A stretch of 64,000 nt of DNA from Schmidtea polychroa (Eukaryota). Position numbers and translations under genes: made by a program. Positions 1 to 11,682 of the stretch are shown piece by piece (the first letter of the stretch is position 1; each line of letters begins with the position of its first letter). The notes beneath the pieces are model-generated. The model was not told the origin of the DNA. It saw only the letters and a list, made by a program, of their open reading frames with translations, and did not search any database. The stretch is taken from the NCBI GenBank assembly GCA_044892525.1, contig CM097885.1, positions 49,354,001-49,418,000 of the forward strand, written 5' to 3'.

Positions 1-1679
1 AGCCGTTCGGCAAAAATATTGCGAAATTCAGCTATAAGCAAAAAAGTGAAACTCAGAATAACAAGTCACAGGCTAAATGTCGCGCTAGTCGGAATTTTGT
101 TGATTACCAGACTTTCTCATCTTTATTATAGAAAATTTTTGTTTATAACTGACCGGAAACCATTCCGCTTCTTCCGACGTGTGCTTTTTCAGATATTTAT
201 TTCCTGTTATTAAAATACAAATTAAAATCGCTAAGAAAAAGTTGGTTGCTACGCTTCATTTCCTGAAATTATTGTTTTATTATTATACTAATAAAAATAA
301 AATTGAAACTTTTTATTAGTATAATAATAAAAAAATAATTTCAGAAAATGAAGCGTAACAACCAATTTGTTCTTAACGATTTTAATTTTTAAATCAAGCA
401 AGCCAAAACATCTATCAATGATACTAATACTAATGACTCCACACAATCTGAAACTACAACAGGAAAGTGTGAAGAAACTACAAGCAAGATTGTTGAAAGT
501 CCTCGTATATTAGAATCAGTCTCAGATGCTAGCGTGTTAGAGGAGAAAAGCATTTGTGTAGAAGATGGCCACCGAATCGACATGCCAAATTGTTGAAAAA
601 CCGAGCAACTTGAATATTTTAGTCAATTGTATCCTTGGTTAAAAATATCAAATGGTTTGTTAAGATGTAATGTTTGTTCTAAATTTAGTTCGATATGTGC
701 TAACAAAAAGATTGGTTGTCATCTTGCATTACAGTGGGTAAAAACTCAAATCAAGGCTGCTAGTGAAGGAAAATATGTTCAACAAGCTTCTACGGAAAAA
801 AAACTGCACCAGCATGACAAATCAATCGCTCATAATAAATTGATTGAAACTTTGAAAACTGCAGAAGCCCACAGAATTGAGACTATTGTTGACAAACTTA
901 ATTCAAACCAAATAGACGCAACTGCTAGTGTGTTTAATTGTGTATACAGTTTAGCTAAACATAATCAGTAGGGAGTTAGTAGCCCGCGGGAGCAATAGGG
1001 GGGTGGTAAAAATGTTGCAACTTTTAATTGCATAATTTTTGTTCCGTAGACATTTTTTGATTACATAACTGTTGCCGTACGCTCCAATGTTTTTTTCTGG
1101 GATTTTAAATACAAAATGCCAGGGATAAGTCAGTATTATTTGGGTGGGTCTCCTTGGTCATGAGAATTTCAATAGAAAAGGTGGTTTACAATAAAAAACG
1201 CATAGTAAATTTTTAAATTAAAGCAAATTATGGGTCTAAAATTTAAAAATAAAGTAAATGATGGGTCTAAAAATTAAATTTAAGTAAATCAGAGTTCAGT
1301 TTTTTTTGAATTATAGTCAATTATAGGCCTAAAAATTTTAAATTTAAGTTAAATAAGTAAATTAAAGTAAGATTTTTAAATTTATTAACAAAAAGTTGGA
1401 ATAATAGAAGGTGTTTGAGAATTGAAATTTTTTAATGAAAATTTTTATGAAATATTTTTTTAAATATTTTTTTAATAATAATAATAATAATAGTAATAAT
1501 AATAATAATATTATTATTTCAACCAAATACTATACAACACATAAAAATAACTAGACACATAACAAAACATATAAACATTAACTAAACACATAAAAATAAC
1601 TAGACACATAACAAACATAAAAATTTACCAAACAAATAAAAAGAACAAAAGTAAAGATATAAAATTTTATTTAATAAAA

Positions 1680-4600
1680 TCATTCCTCATCAGATAAAAT
1701 AATGTCATTAATATCAACTTCTCCAAAATCTTCTCCAACAATTTCTCCAACATTTAATTGACTAAATCTTACATGACCATATGCAAGACTAGTATTTTTC
1801 CCCACCCAAACTCTTTTGTCATCTTTGTTAGTTAGTGCTATTTTAGTATTTTTAATTGTAAAAATTTGATGATTTTTGCTTGTTATTTTTGTTTGAGGAA
1901 TCGAAAAAATATGATTAGTGTTATAACAATCCAGGTATGGCTGATGTTTTATGTCACTACCTTTCAATATGTTTCCTCATCACCCAACAAGCTATAACAT
2001 TTAGGTCTAAGAAAAACCCATTTCTTATATTTAAGACCTTTATTCTCGTCTTTGAACTTTCCAATACCGAATCAAGGTTCTTACTATATAAGGAATGACA
2101 ACTATTGTAATTGGAAGTATCTAATAAATTATCTCGAATCATTGCAGGTAAAAGAACCTCAAGTTTACAGTTAATTACTTCGAGGAATAAAGAGTCTGTA
2201 TCACCTGCAACGATATTAATTTTACAACTAAACTCATTGCGAAATGATTCTAAATCCTTATATTGTAATTCATACATTCTAAGTTTAGATAGATCAAGTA
2301 CAGACTGACCAATGTAACTTGGTCTATCTAAACATATAGAATCTGAATTCAATAGTGCTGCAATTAAATTATCATCTATTTTAATAGATTTTTTAAAAGT
2401 CGGTTTTGATGAATATTTTACTAATTTACCGGCAGTAGTAGAAAGACGAAGATTCATTCTTCTCTTTAAATTTTCTACTGTTTTGCCGTATAAACTGTTA
2501 TTTAACAATTTATAATAATTTTTGTCTAAATTATTTATGCTTTATGACCTTAATTCTGTATTGGTATCTATATATTTTTTAAAAATTTGAGATTGCTTAA
2601 ATCTTACACCCCTATTTACATGTGTTACTTTAACACCAAGTTCCAAATATAATTTTAATAATCTCCAATGAATAACATAATTAGATTTTGGAAGATGAGT
2701 TAATAATAATTTTTCAACCTTTGACCAAGCAGGTTTCATTTTTTCAGCAGCTACAGGGAAATCATCCAACTTATCATGAAGCTCAGAAGGAATTACAAGA
2801 TCAACTTCAAGAGTGTATCCATAAGACAAAGATTCAAGATTTAAATTCCTACATTCATCCATTATTAAATCAAATCCATCAAGAACCCAACTAAATTCAC
2901 CACAAGGTAATGGTTGACTTAAAGCCCAACCGTAAAGATTATTAATATCTATATAAAGTAACTCGGTGTTTTCATCGGTTTTTACATAATGTTTATTTAC
3001 AAAAGTAAGACCACCTCTTATTCCACCCTCATAAAAGCTAAATTTTTCGTTTTCAGTTATCAGTTCAATCGGTTCATCTAAAGACATTAATGCAGAAGAC
3101 CAAGACATACCAGGAATTCCGAAATAATTCAATGGTTCTAATCTATTATGAGCAATAGATTTCAAACGAAACTGTTGAAAGAAATCAGCCAAAAGAAAAC
3201 AATCGAGTTTTAAGTATATCATCATGTAGTCTAATAAAGTTACGCAATTAGTTTCAACCCAATCTCCTGAGCTTTTTCATACTCAAGTTCAGTGAAACCT
3301 TCCCAGATTGGTGGTAATTCATAAGTAGTTTGGAGAATATCTAAAGATGTAGCGAAATTATAACGAAAGATTCCTTTTTCAGAAACTATAGTACCAGTAA
3401 AAACAGAATTAGTTAAAGGTAAAGTATTCAAAGTTTTGACTGCTTTAGCTAAAGAATCATTAACAAATTGATAAGAATCAATGAATCTTAAGATAATTTT
3501 TCCTAAATGCGCAATCAAAGAAATAAATTTTTCAGTCGTTATTGGGATGCAACCTAAAGTCCAATTTTTAAATTTATTTAAACCATATTTAAGTATATGG
3601 TGCATATCGCATCCCTTCAAGTTGTGAAATACGATAGGCAAAATTTTATTTATTTTCCTATTTATGTTACATGTGCTACAAGCTGCACCCAAGTATTTCC
3701 CCGTAAAATGATCGTGATCTCTAACAGGATCGACGATACATTTCATACAATGATAACAAACAGATGCACTAACAAATTGACCTTGTTCCATATTTGTCAA
3801 TTTCATCATAGGTTTCCTACCCATTTTATAATAAAAAGGAAGAACCTTATTTAATGCTATATCCTCTATAGCACTTAAAAAACTCTCGACGCAATCTAAA
3901 CCTATGAACTGTTGATAAGATTTAGATCCGTCAAAGTTATTTACAAGTAAAAGACCAGCAGATATTGGCATGTGTCGTTGGAAATGAACATTATCGGAAG
4001 GTAAAATAGCCTCAAAATCGGCATAAACTACAAAAGGAGGAGTTACTGTTTTCGACCAGTCAGTAAACTGTAATAATTTATTTTGAGGGAAGGTGTAAAG
4101 AGTTGTTCCTAACTGATTTCGTTTACATAATACTTCATGTTTGTCCAGTGCGTTTCTATTTTTAAAACCATTCAAACAACGATGGCACCATAATGATTGT
4201 ATGCGTGTAGGACAAGTAGTGTTGATATGACAATTCATTTACTTATTTAAATTACTTATAGCTACGTAATGGAAATTGTTTCCTTTATTTAATAATAACA
4301 AATTAATTATAGTTCCATTTAAAACTTTGGAACGATGTATAATATCTAAATGCGGATGTTTTAATACATAATTATCAGTTAATTGTATAGTATTATCATA
4401 TGAAAAAACGTTAATTATTAAACCCGGATTTTTAGATTCAAATTTCCTAATATCTTTTAATTTCATAGGTAATTCTAACGGGTCGTATACTAAGTCGGAT
4501 AAATTATAACTAGATGTCCTATTTCTAGCATATCTACTAATCTCATCATATTTTAAAATAGCTAAAATGCTATATAAAAAACATGAATCATCAGTGTTTT

Positions 4601-5922
4601 TTATATTAATTAAACAATATTTATTTTTTAGATAAGTAGGTGTTTCAATGAAACTCCTACCACTTAACCTACTTAACCTACTTATTTTAGTTATTGTGAA
4701 ATGTATTTCAGTAATATTTTTTATATTCCAACTGCTTCCTAACTCGGTAATATTAGTAATTTTTTCATTTAATTCCATAATGCCTTCATCAAAAAATGAT
4801 TCAGTTAATGGCTTTGCATAATTTGAGATATTATTAACCTTAATTTCCCCATCTTTTTCAAATTCAATTGTTATTCTGAATTGAATTTTGACGGAGCCTA
4901 ATTCGTTAATAATATCTCGTAATTTTATTATTAGTTGTTCAGGAAATATTATTTCCTTTATATTTAAGTCGTTTGTATTTAAGCTTAATATTTGATGGGT
5001 ACCTCTTAAATCTTTTTGTACTGTCGGTACATTTCCACCTATTTGTATTATATTTAATCCATCCCAAGAATCAAAGGAAGTGAATAATCCATCATTGGAT
5101 TCAACAACCAATCCGACCTGGGATTCAACAAAAGACAATCCAACCTGGGATTCAACATCTAATCCGTCCTGGGATTCAAAAGAAGAAGTATCTAATTTAA
5201 TTTTTTTATTTGTATTATTTTTTTCTATAGTTGAGGGTCTTTTAAAAACACTGTCTTTTTTAAAATAAAACCTATCTAAATGATTTTTATGTCTATTGTA
5301 AAAAATGCTATATGTTACAGGGTCACTAGTTTTGCATATGGGGCATATAAAATAAGTTTTATTATAATATTTTTTCGTGTAATAATTCTCCATTATAGAA
5401 TGGCAATTATTATCATGCTCTTTTGACGAACAATAATTTGGGTAAAGTATACCTATAAAATAAAAATTTAATAAAAAAAATATAATTTAAATGAAATATT
5501 TTAATAAATGTTTACGTAAAAATTTGCAAATTATTATTATTTTACAAATTTTATTTACTAAAAAATAAAAATTTACTAAATTAAAAATATTAACATTTAC
5601 TTAAATAAAAAATTATATTAAATTTCCTTAAAATTTTAAAAAGTAATCAATACTTACATTGTAAATTTTCATTTCGATTTATTGACACATTGACATAATT
5701 TTTCTCTTTATTCGTATTACCTAAATTATTAATTAATTAAATCAATAAATTAAAAATTATGTTTACTTTTTCTTTTCAAATTTCCTTTAATCTTAGATTT
5801 TAAATTGTCTTCATTAATATTATCTAAATTAATTATTAAATTAATTAATAAATAAATTAAAATTTACCAAATTTCTGAATTTTTTCTCGGACATTCATAA
5901 CGTTTTCTATTAAAGAATTCAT
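1680..5922 (-). pseudogene. Protein-primed DNA polymerase B (Polinton type) with N-terminal Zn finger and endonuclease-VII-like insert; predicted exons 5922-5868, 5823-5767, 5720-5658, 5452-1680
   Basis: VYADFEA (ExoI), CYHC..VRDHDHFTGKYLGAACSTCN (EndoVII-like), FHNLKGCDMHH (ExoII), YLKLD (ExoIII), YIDINNLYGWA (A), KLLNNSLYGKT (B), AGDTDSLF (C), DDKR..LAYGH. In-frame stop at 4239-4241 and frameshifts near 3270, 2545 and 2060/1965. Confidence 0.92.
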
Positions 5923-5945
5923 TTTTAAAGGTTAACTATTTGTTA

Positions 5946-6013
5946 AATGTGACTAATGATTGATTATTGTTTATAGATTATTATTGTTCATAGGAACAAA
6001 TTCTAACCAATCA
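5946..6013 (-). promoter_or_regulatory. Candidate Pol II core promoter of the pPolB gene (CCAAT box, TATAAA)
   Basis: AACCAATCA at 6005-6013 and minus-strand TATAAA at 5975-5970, about 50 nt upstream of the predicted ATG (5922). The AT-rich background weakens this call. Confidence 0.35.
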
Positions 6014-6455
6014 AAATCAAGGAAGGGGTAGGAAAAATAAATGCATTACGTTGCAGTATTTTAAAACTTCAATATATTTTAAAACACATTTTGACGCTAA
6101 AGTTGACTTATTTAACATTTTCATAATAATTTAATAAAAAATAATGTGATGAACCCACAAAGTAATATCATTTTTCATCAAATTGCAAAACAGTAATAAC
6201 GTTTTCATACAATTACAACAAAGTAGTAACATATTTCAGAAAATTTCAACAAAGTTGTAAAATATTTATCAAATTGTAACTAAAATAATAAAAATATTGC
6301 AACAAAGTAATAAAATAATGATGTTAATTGGGACAAATCAATACATTATTTTGAAGACGGACAACAAATTAAATAGAATATTTAAGCAAATTGTTATAAG
6401 ATTATAAAAATATTGCAACAAAGTAATAAAATAATACAACATTTTAAACTCTAGA

Positions 6456-6920
6456 TCAATCCATTTTATAGAAAATTAAATTTTATCTCTATAATATATG
6501 AATAAATATCCAAGGAAATTACGTTAACGTTTAATAAATACAAATTTATCGTAAAAACATGTGTGTATTACACACAAAACAAGATACATAATTTCTAATC
6601 AATCCATTTTATAGAAAATTAAATTTTATCTATATATTATATGAATAAAATCCTAAGAAAATTACGTTACCTGTATGAAAAATACAAATTTATCGTAAAA
6701 ACATGTGTGTATTACACACAACATACGAGACATAATTTTTAATCAAGCTATTTTATAGAAAATTAAATTTTATCTATATATTATATGAATAAAAATCCAA
6801 GAAAATTACGTTAACCGCGCGAAAAATACAAATTTATCGTAAAAACATGTGTTTATACACACAAAGCGACAAACTAAAATTGTAATTGAGCCATTTTGTA
6901 GAGAATTAAATTCTGCCTAT
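6456..6920. repeat. ~143-bp tandem repeat, about 3.2 copies
   Basis: Units start near 6456, 6599, 6743 and 6887 (TCAATCCATTTTATAGAAAATTAAATTTTATCT...AAATTTATCGTAAAAACATGTGT...). Confidence 0.9.
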
Positions 6921-6984
6921 ACATGGTTACACTTAAATCTCGATCAGACCTGTGAAAAGAGACATAAAAGAGAAAAAACAGTAG

Positions 6985-7371
6985 AGTAGTAGGATGTGAG
7001 CCATCCAGACCAGGGGCCCGCAAGAACCCCCTCCCCCCGCGTGTAAAATAATGTTAATAATAATATTTATATATCGGTAGATAGATCTTGCACTGAGCTT
7101 TAAAATGAGCTATCGATTGATGAAGTAGAATGATGGGAACGATAACTTTTGGGCAAACGAAAACCATGTGCCCGCTAGACCACTAATAATATTTTGAAAA
7201 ATAATAATAATTTATGAGTTATCGTATGAGGCATCGTTCTAAAAATATGAGGCATCGAGTATGTAATAGTTCTAAAAATATGTGGCATCGTTCTAAAAAA
7301 TAAATTTCCCGGCGGGGGGGGGGTATGTGATCCAGAGGGCCCCTGATCTGGCGGTGCCACATCCTACTACT
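6985..7371. mobile_element. 387-bp mini-element with 35-bp imperfect TIRs starting AGTAGTAGGATGTG; forms the right end of the pPolB element
   Basis: 6985-7019 AGTAGTAGGATGTGagccatCCAGAcCAGGGGCCC versus reverse complement of 7337-7371 AGTAGTAGGATGTGgcaccgCCAGAtCAGGGGCCC. Confidence 0.85.
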
Positions 7372-7431
7372 ATAATCGTCCCATATCTAATATAATTGAG
7401 GAAATTGATCTGCAAGTGAAAAATGGTGTTC

Positions 7432-7518
7432 TTAAGATCTAAGAGATTAATATATTTTTTATTAAAATCTGTTAAACCTGTTTCGTTATTCGTCATTAAT
7501 ATTCTTTAAAAAAATTAA

Positions 7519-7588
<70 letters not shown>

Positions 7589-7642
7589 GGGCGCTAATTT
7601 CTCAGTTTCCCCCAGGCGCAAGAACCTCACGGTACGCCACTG
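7432..7642 (-). mobile_element. Truncated hAT-type MITE end (CAGTGGCGTACC...) with a (TA)n tract
   Basis: The reverse complement of 7587-7642 begins CAGTGGCGTACCGTGAGG; (TA)n at ~7523-7585; interrupts the hAT transposase. Confidence 0.6.
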
Positions 7643-8574
7643 TCTCGATACAGTGCTCTAAAAATAGTCCATCTTATTCTGAACAAATGCGTAAAACTAT
7701 TTTTAGTAAAATTATCGCAAATCAGACAAATATTTGCATCATATTGGATGAGACTACAACAGTTCCAAAACTATCAACTTTAATCGTATATTTGTGGTGT
7801 GAAATATTGACAGCTGAGGAACCGTTAAATGTATTTGTTGATTTAATTGAATTAAAATCCACAAAGCCTGAAAGCATTGTCAATGCATTGCTTGCATTTT
7901 TGAAAAAATGGAGTTTTGATGACATCTATATTAAGGAACATTTGATTGGCTATTGTAGTGATGGGGCCAGCAGTATGGTGGGACGTAAAGCTGGAGTTGC
8001 TGCTCGGCTTTCAGATATATATCCAACATCACAATTTGGCACTGCTTATGCCACAGAGTGCAGTTAGCATGCAATAAAAAACATTTCACAAGTTAATCAT
8101 TTTAAAATTTTTCTTGAAAAACTGTATTGCCTATATAGCCATAACAATAAAAATCTACTGTAGCTTAACGTTATTGCAAAAGATCTTGGTTTAGAAATTT
8201 AAAGGATCGGTCGTGTTCTTGTACCTCACTGGGTTGCGTGCAGCCTACGTGCAGCAAAAGCAGTGTGGAATGCATATCCGGCTTTATACAAACATTTTTT
8301 TAGTGTTGCGGACATGAAAGGTTTGCAGAAAAAATGGAAAAGCTGAGCTTTTTAATTGACCTGACTGCCGTGATCGACATTTTGCAGGAATTAACATGTT
8401 TAAACGAGGGTTTAGAAAGTCGCAGTATATCCACATTACAACAAATAAAACTAAAGGAGGTTGTGGTATTTTTATCATGCAATTATATTGTAACTGTAAT
8501 AGCAGAATAAAACTTACTAACCAGTGTTGATTTGTTTATTTATATTAGATACAAAGTTGAGATTCTGAGAACTT

Positions 8575-8770
8575 CAACAGCTATGAAACTTTTGCTACCA
8601 TTTGCAGCATCATATTCATGTAAATTAGGATTCTCAGCAAGCACTAACCGAAATTAAATATACTAAGCGCCAACGATTACTGATTTTCGACCAAGAAATG
8701 AGAGTTTGTTTGTCGTCAATCGAACCTCGAAATGAAAAATTTTTCTGTAAAAATCAATGCCATTCTTTTA
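8575..8770 (+). pseudogene. Buster/Charlie-type hAT transposase C-terminal remnant
   Basis: AMKLLLPFAASYSCKLGFSA resembles the LLPF.TTYLCE.GFS motif. Confidence 0.55.
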
Positions 8771-8865
8771 ACTAATAGTTTTAAAATACATTTATTCCCA
8801 ATCTTTCAAATATAAATTATTGCTAATGTTATTTTGGCCATACATAGAAATGTATCAATTAGTTA

Positions 8866-9248
8866 TAACGTATATTACCAAATAGTATCACTACACCTAA
8901 TAGTATCATTAATACTATATTTAGTGATACTATTTAAATAATATCACCATAATCAAACATTGTATATGGAGTGTATATGGAGTGGAGTTCTGTAAGGCGT
9001 GGATTTCTTCAAACACCGAATCCCGATTAAATAACGAGTCTATACTTGATGAAAATGATTATTATGAGGACGTTGAGTATTTGGATGATGATGATGAATA
9101 AATTTTTGATAATTATCTAAACTTATTTTTTTATTAAAATGACCAAAGCACTGAATAATATCACTATACTAACTCTAATATCTAATATATTTTTTTTTGG
9201 TGATATTATTTTTATAGTATCACTGATACTATTCGGTGATATCCGTTA
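8866..9248. mobile_element. Non-autonomous DNA transposon (MITE) with ~25-bp TIRs
   Basis: TAACGTATATTACCAAATAGTATCA at 8866 versus TGATACTATTCGGTGATATCCGTTA ending at 9248. Confidence 0.65.
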
Positions 9249-9457
9249 AATAAATATAAATTTATTAATTAGTTATGAATAAATAAACAACTAACAAAGT
9301 CAATACTTTCAAATTTAACACCCGTTTTAAAGTTCTTTTATTGTAAGAATTGAAATTATAACATACCCTGATTATTTATACCTAAGCGGATGTTTAATAA
9401 TAACTAAAATTGAATTATTTGAAAGAAAAATTAAAGACAAATTTATATTAATATAAA

Positions 9458-10324
9458 ATGTTAAATGAAATAAAAATTTCGTTTTACATTCTTAGAGAAG
9501 TTATAGCTGGTATTGGATTCATTATAAATGCAATTATGTTTTCTTGTCTGATAATATACCCCTTGCCATCTCGTTATGCAAATATTGTCCTTAAAAACCA
9601 AGCCTTCATTGATTCAATGGTATGCATTCAATTATTATTGATTATGATTCTCCCGTCAAATATCTGGTCAAGCAATAAATTGATTGGTCAAATTTTCTGC
9701 AGCATTTGGAATGGTCAATTAATATTTTGGTGGTTTGTTTTAGCGGGAGTTTTCAATCTCGTATTTACTGCATTCGATAGGTATTGGGCTGTAATAACGC
9801 CACTGAATTATAATAATAATATAAAAGGAAAAATTTTGTCGACGTTTGTTGTCGTTTATTTTGTTAGTGGAATAATTACATGTTGTTCTTCCTTTGAAAT
9901 ATTGGTGGTTAACGCAACTTGCTCAACAATTGCACTCCAGACTAACGTTTCTGATTTTTATAAGATTTACTCTATTTGTTGGTTTTTGTCTGTTTTTATC
10001 ATACCAGGTACGATTACAATATATTTATATGTGAAAATAATATTTAATTTAAAACATGATCGAAAAATGGCAATGAAAACTCTTACTAAAACAATGATAG
10101 TTATGGCAATTGTTTACTTCGTTACGATACCTTTCGATTCAATTTATTACATTTTAGGATATTTCAATTATGGGCAATATATTTATGGTTCACAACTTCA
10201 AATTTTCAGCATATTTTTAGTAACTTGTAATAGCTGTGCAAATCCGATTATATTTTTGATAATGGTGAAAAGTTTTCGCTTGAAAATTTGCGATTTATTC
10301 AAATCTTTTGTTACTAGAAATTAA
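9458..10324 (+). CDS. Intronless rhodopsin-class (class A) orphan GPCR, 288 aa
   Basis: Seven hydrophobic segments, LKNQAFID (TM2), FCSIW, AFDRYWAV, IIPG (TM5), NSCANPII (TM7); open frame. Confidence 0.9.
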   Translation: MLNEIKISFYILREVIAGIGFIINAIMFSCLIIYPLPSRYANIVLKNQAFIDSMVCIQLLLIMILPSNIWSSNKLIGQIFCSIWNGQLIFWWFVLAGVFNLVFTAFDRYWAVITPLNYNNNIKGKILSTFVVVYFVSGIITCCSSFEILVVNATCSTIALQTNVSDFYKIYSICWFLSVFIIPGTITIYLYVKIIFNLKHDRKMAMKTLTKTMIVMAIVYFVTIPFDSIYYILGYFNYGQYIYGSQLQIFSIFLVTCNSCANPIIFLIMVKSFRLKICDLFKSFVTRN

Positions 10325-10389
10325 AAAAATGTAAATTAAATTCTCGTTTGAAATTAACTTGTTTTTTTATATTCGATTAATTATACACC

Positions 10390-10939
10390 TGTTGTCAATT
10401 ATTAAAGTCTAAATGTAAACAGTACGACAGAACGAGTGTCAGAATATTGTGAAACAGAGTTGGGACAGAAGATTTGAGACATAATATTGTGACAAAGTAC
10501 AGAATAATTGAGATAATAAGACGACATTTATTTGGAGAATTTGAAGAGAATTGAAGCAGAGAAACTTGAAGAGAAAAACAGAAATAAAGGGATAAGCAGC
10601 AGGAGCTTATTCAATTAATAACAGAGTAAAGTTCGGCGAGTAAATCCAAGGCAAACTAGAAAACAACCAGTTAAATTACCAATTGTTATACTCCTCAGTT
10701 GTGAGAGTTTCGTCAAATCAAGAGTATACACGTGAGCTATTTTTCACCATAGTGTTGTAATAAGCACTGTATAATCGGTAGTTATTTTGTTGAGCTAATT
10801 GTATCATTGTAAAAATATTTGTGATATTCAATAAAGTTTCCAGTGTTAATTGTTTTCTGTGGGTCAACGAAAGGTACGCTTGGAGTCAGATAAATAATTC
10901 ATTAAATTTAAATTTCACCAACGACCCAATAACCCAACA
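10390..10939 (+). mobile_element. Solo LTR / LTR remnant (5' boundary uncertain)
   Basis: Ends TGGAGTCAGA...AATAACCCAACA like the TSD-bounded LTRs at 36102, 58126 and 61190; AATAAA at ~10830; no TSD found. Confidence 0.6.
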
Positions 10940-11214
10940 ATATGGAGAAGCTAGCAATGTTACCTGACATGATTTATGCAGTTTCAACAAGACGAACTGA
11001 GATGGTGGATGGTAATTTAGTGACAGAAATTCATAGTTAGTCATCCAGAGTCTAAGAGCTGTAGTTGGAAATAATTACCTCGCGCCAGGAACCATCAGAG
11101 ATGTCGACTGGTTTGCAAGTTCCAAAATACATCCGGTTTCATCATGTTAGACTCCTGAATTTTCCACAATATGAAATGTGAGAAAATAAATCTGGAAAAT
11201 TGTGAGCTCAATGC

Positions 11215-11365
11215 GCGTCTGTGTGCGCGTTGTATTGTGTGATGGGTTTGTGTGCGCACACAGACGCGAGAAACGTCATTTTTGTGTTGGGTTGTTAGTT
11301 TATCTCGCGTCTGTGTGCGCTTTTCTTTTCTTTGTTTTTGGCTTGTGTGCGCACACAGACGCGAG
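11215..11365. repeat. Four alternating inverted copies of CGCGTCTGTGTGCGC
   Basis: Forward at ~11215 and ~11306, reverse complement at ~11254 and ~11349. Confidence 0.85.
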
Positions 11366-11682
11366 CAAGAGGTAGGACAATTTTATTAATTAGTTTGGTT
11401 GTAATTTGTTCTAATTTTAGATTTAGAATTTTATTAGATTTTTGAATGTGAATGGATTTAGAGAGTTGTTATGGTATCGATTTCGGTCTTTTGGAGTTTA
11501 TGATTTTTCGGTTAATGATGGCTGCTTTTAATGAAGAAATTTATGAATCTGATAACTCAATGGAAATTGGAAATACTACCAACGAAACTGATGGTTCCTT
11601 TTTTATGATCCCAAGAGATCCTGATAATGTTAATGGTGTTTTTGGCCAACTAATATTAAATTTATTTGGTGGATGGATTTTC

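Larger units (their letters stand above)
967..7371 (-). mobile_element. Polinton/Maverick-type element encoding only pPolB (6405 bp)
   Basis: 6-bp TSD ATAATC at 961-966 and 7372-7377; termini AGTAG (967) and CTACT (7371); removing it restores the host hAT reading frame; contains a full-length pPolB gene. Confidence 0.9.
348..8400 (+). pseudogene. hAT-superfamily transposase (ZNF862/KIAA1586-like), degraded and split by insertions at 967-7371 and ~7432-7642
   Basis: ATG at 348 with early stops; YPWL..CNVC..H zinc-binding region (627-966). The frame resumes after the insertion as (AKHN)RPISNIIEEIDLQVKNGV at 7378, then SRYSALKIV at 7643 and IILDETT / CSDGASSMVG catalytic motifs (7687-8067). 3' boundary approximate. 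Confidence 0.85.

Noticed and set aside
4239..4241. Programmed stop-codon readthrough in pPolB (also gag 52973 and Penelope 30271)
   Set aside because: The second pPolB copy reads NRLMNCH through this site, so the stop is a point mutation; the other two lie in elements with further lesions.
6456..7296. Regularly spaced repeats as a possible CRISPR array
   Set aside because: Whole units are tandemly repeated with no unique spacers, there are no cas genes, and the context is eukaryotic.
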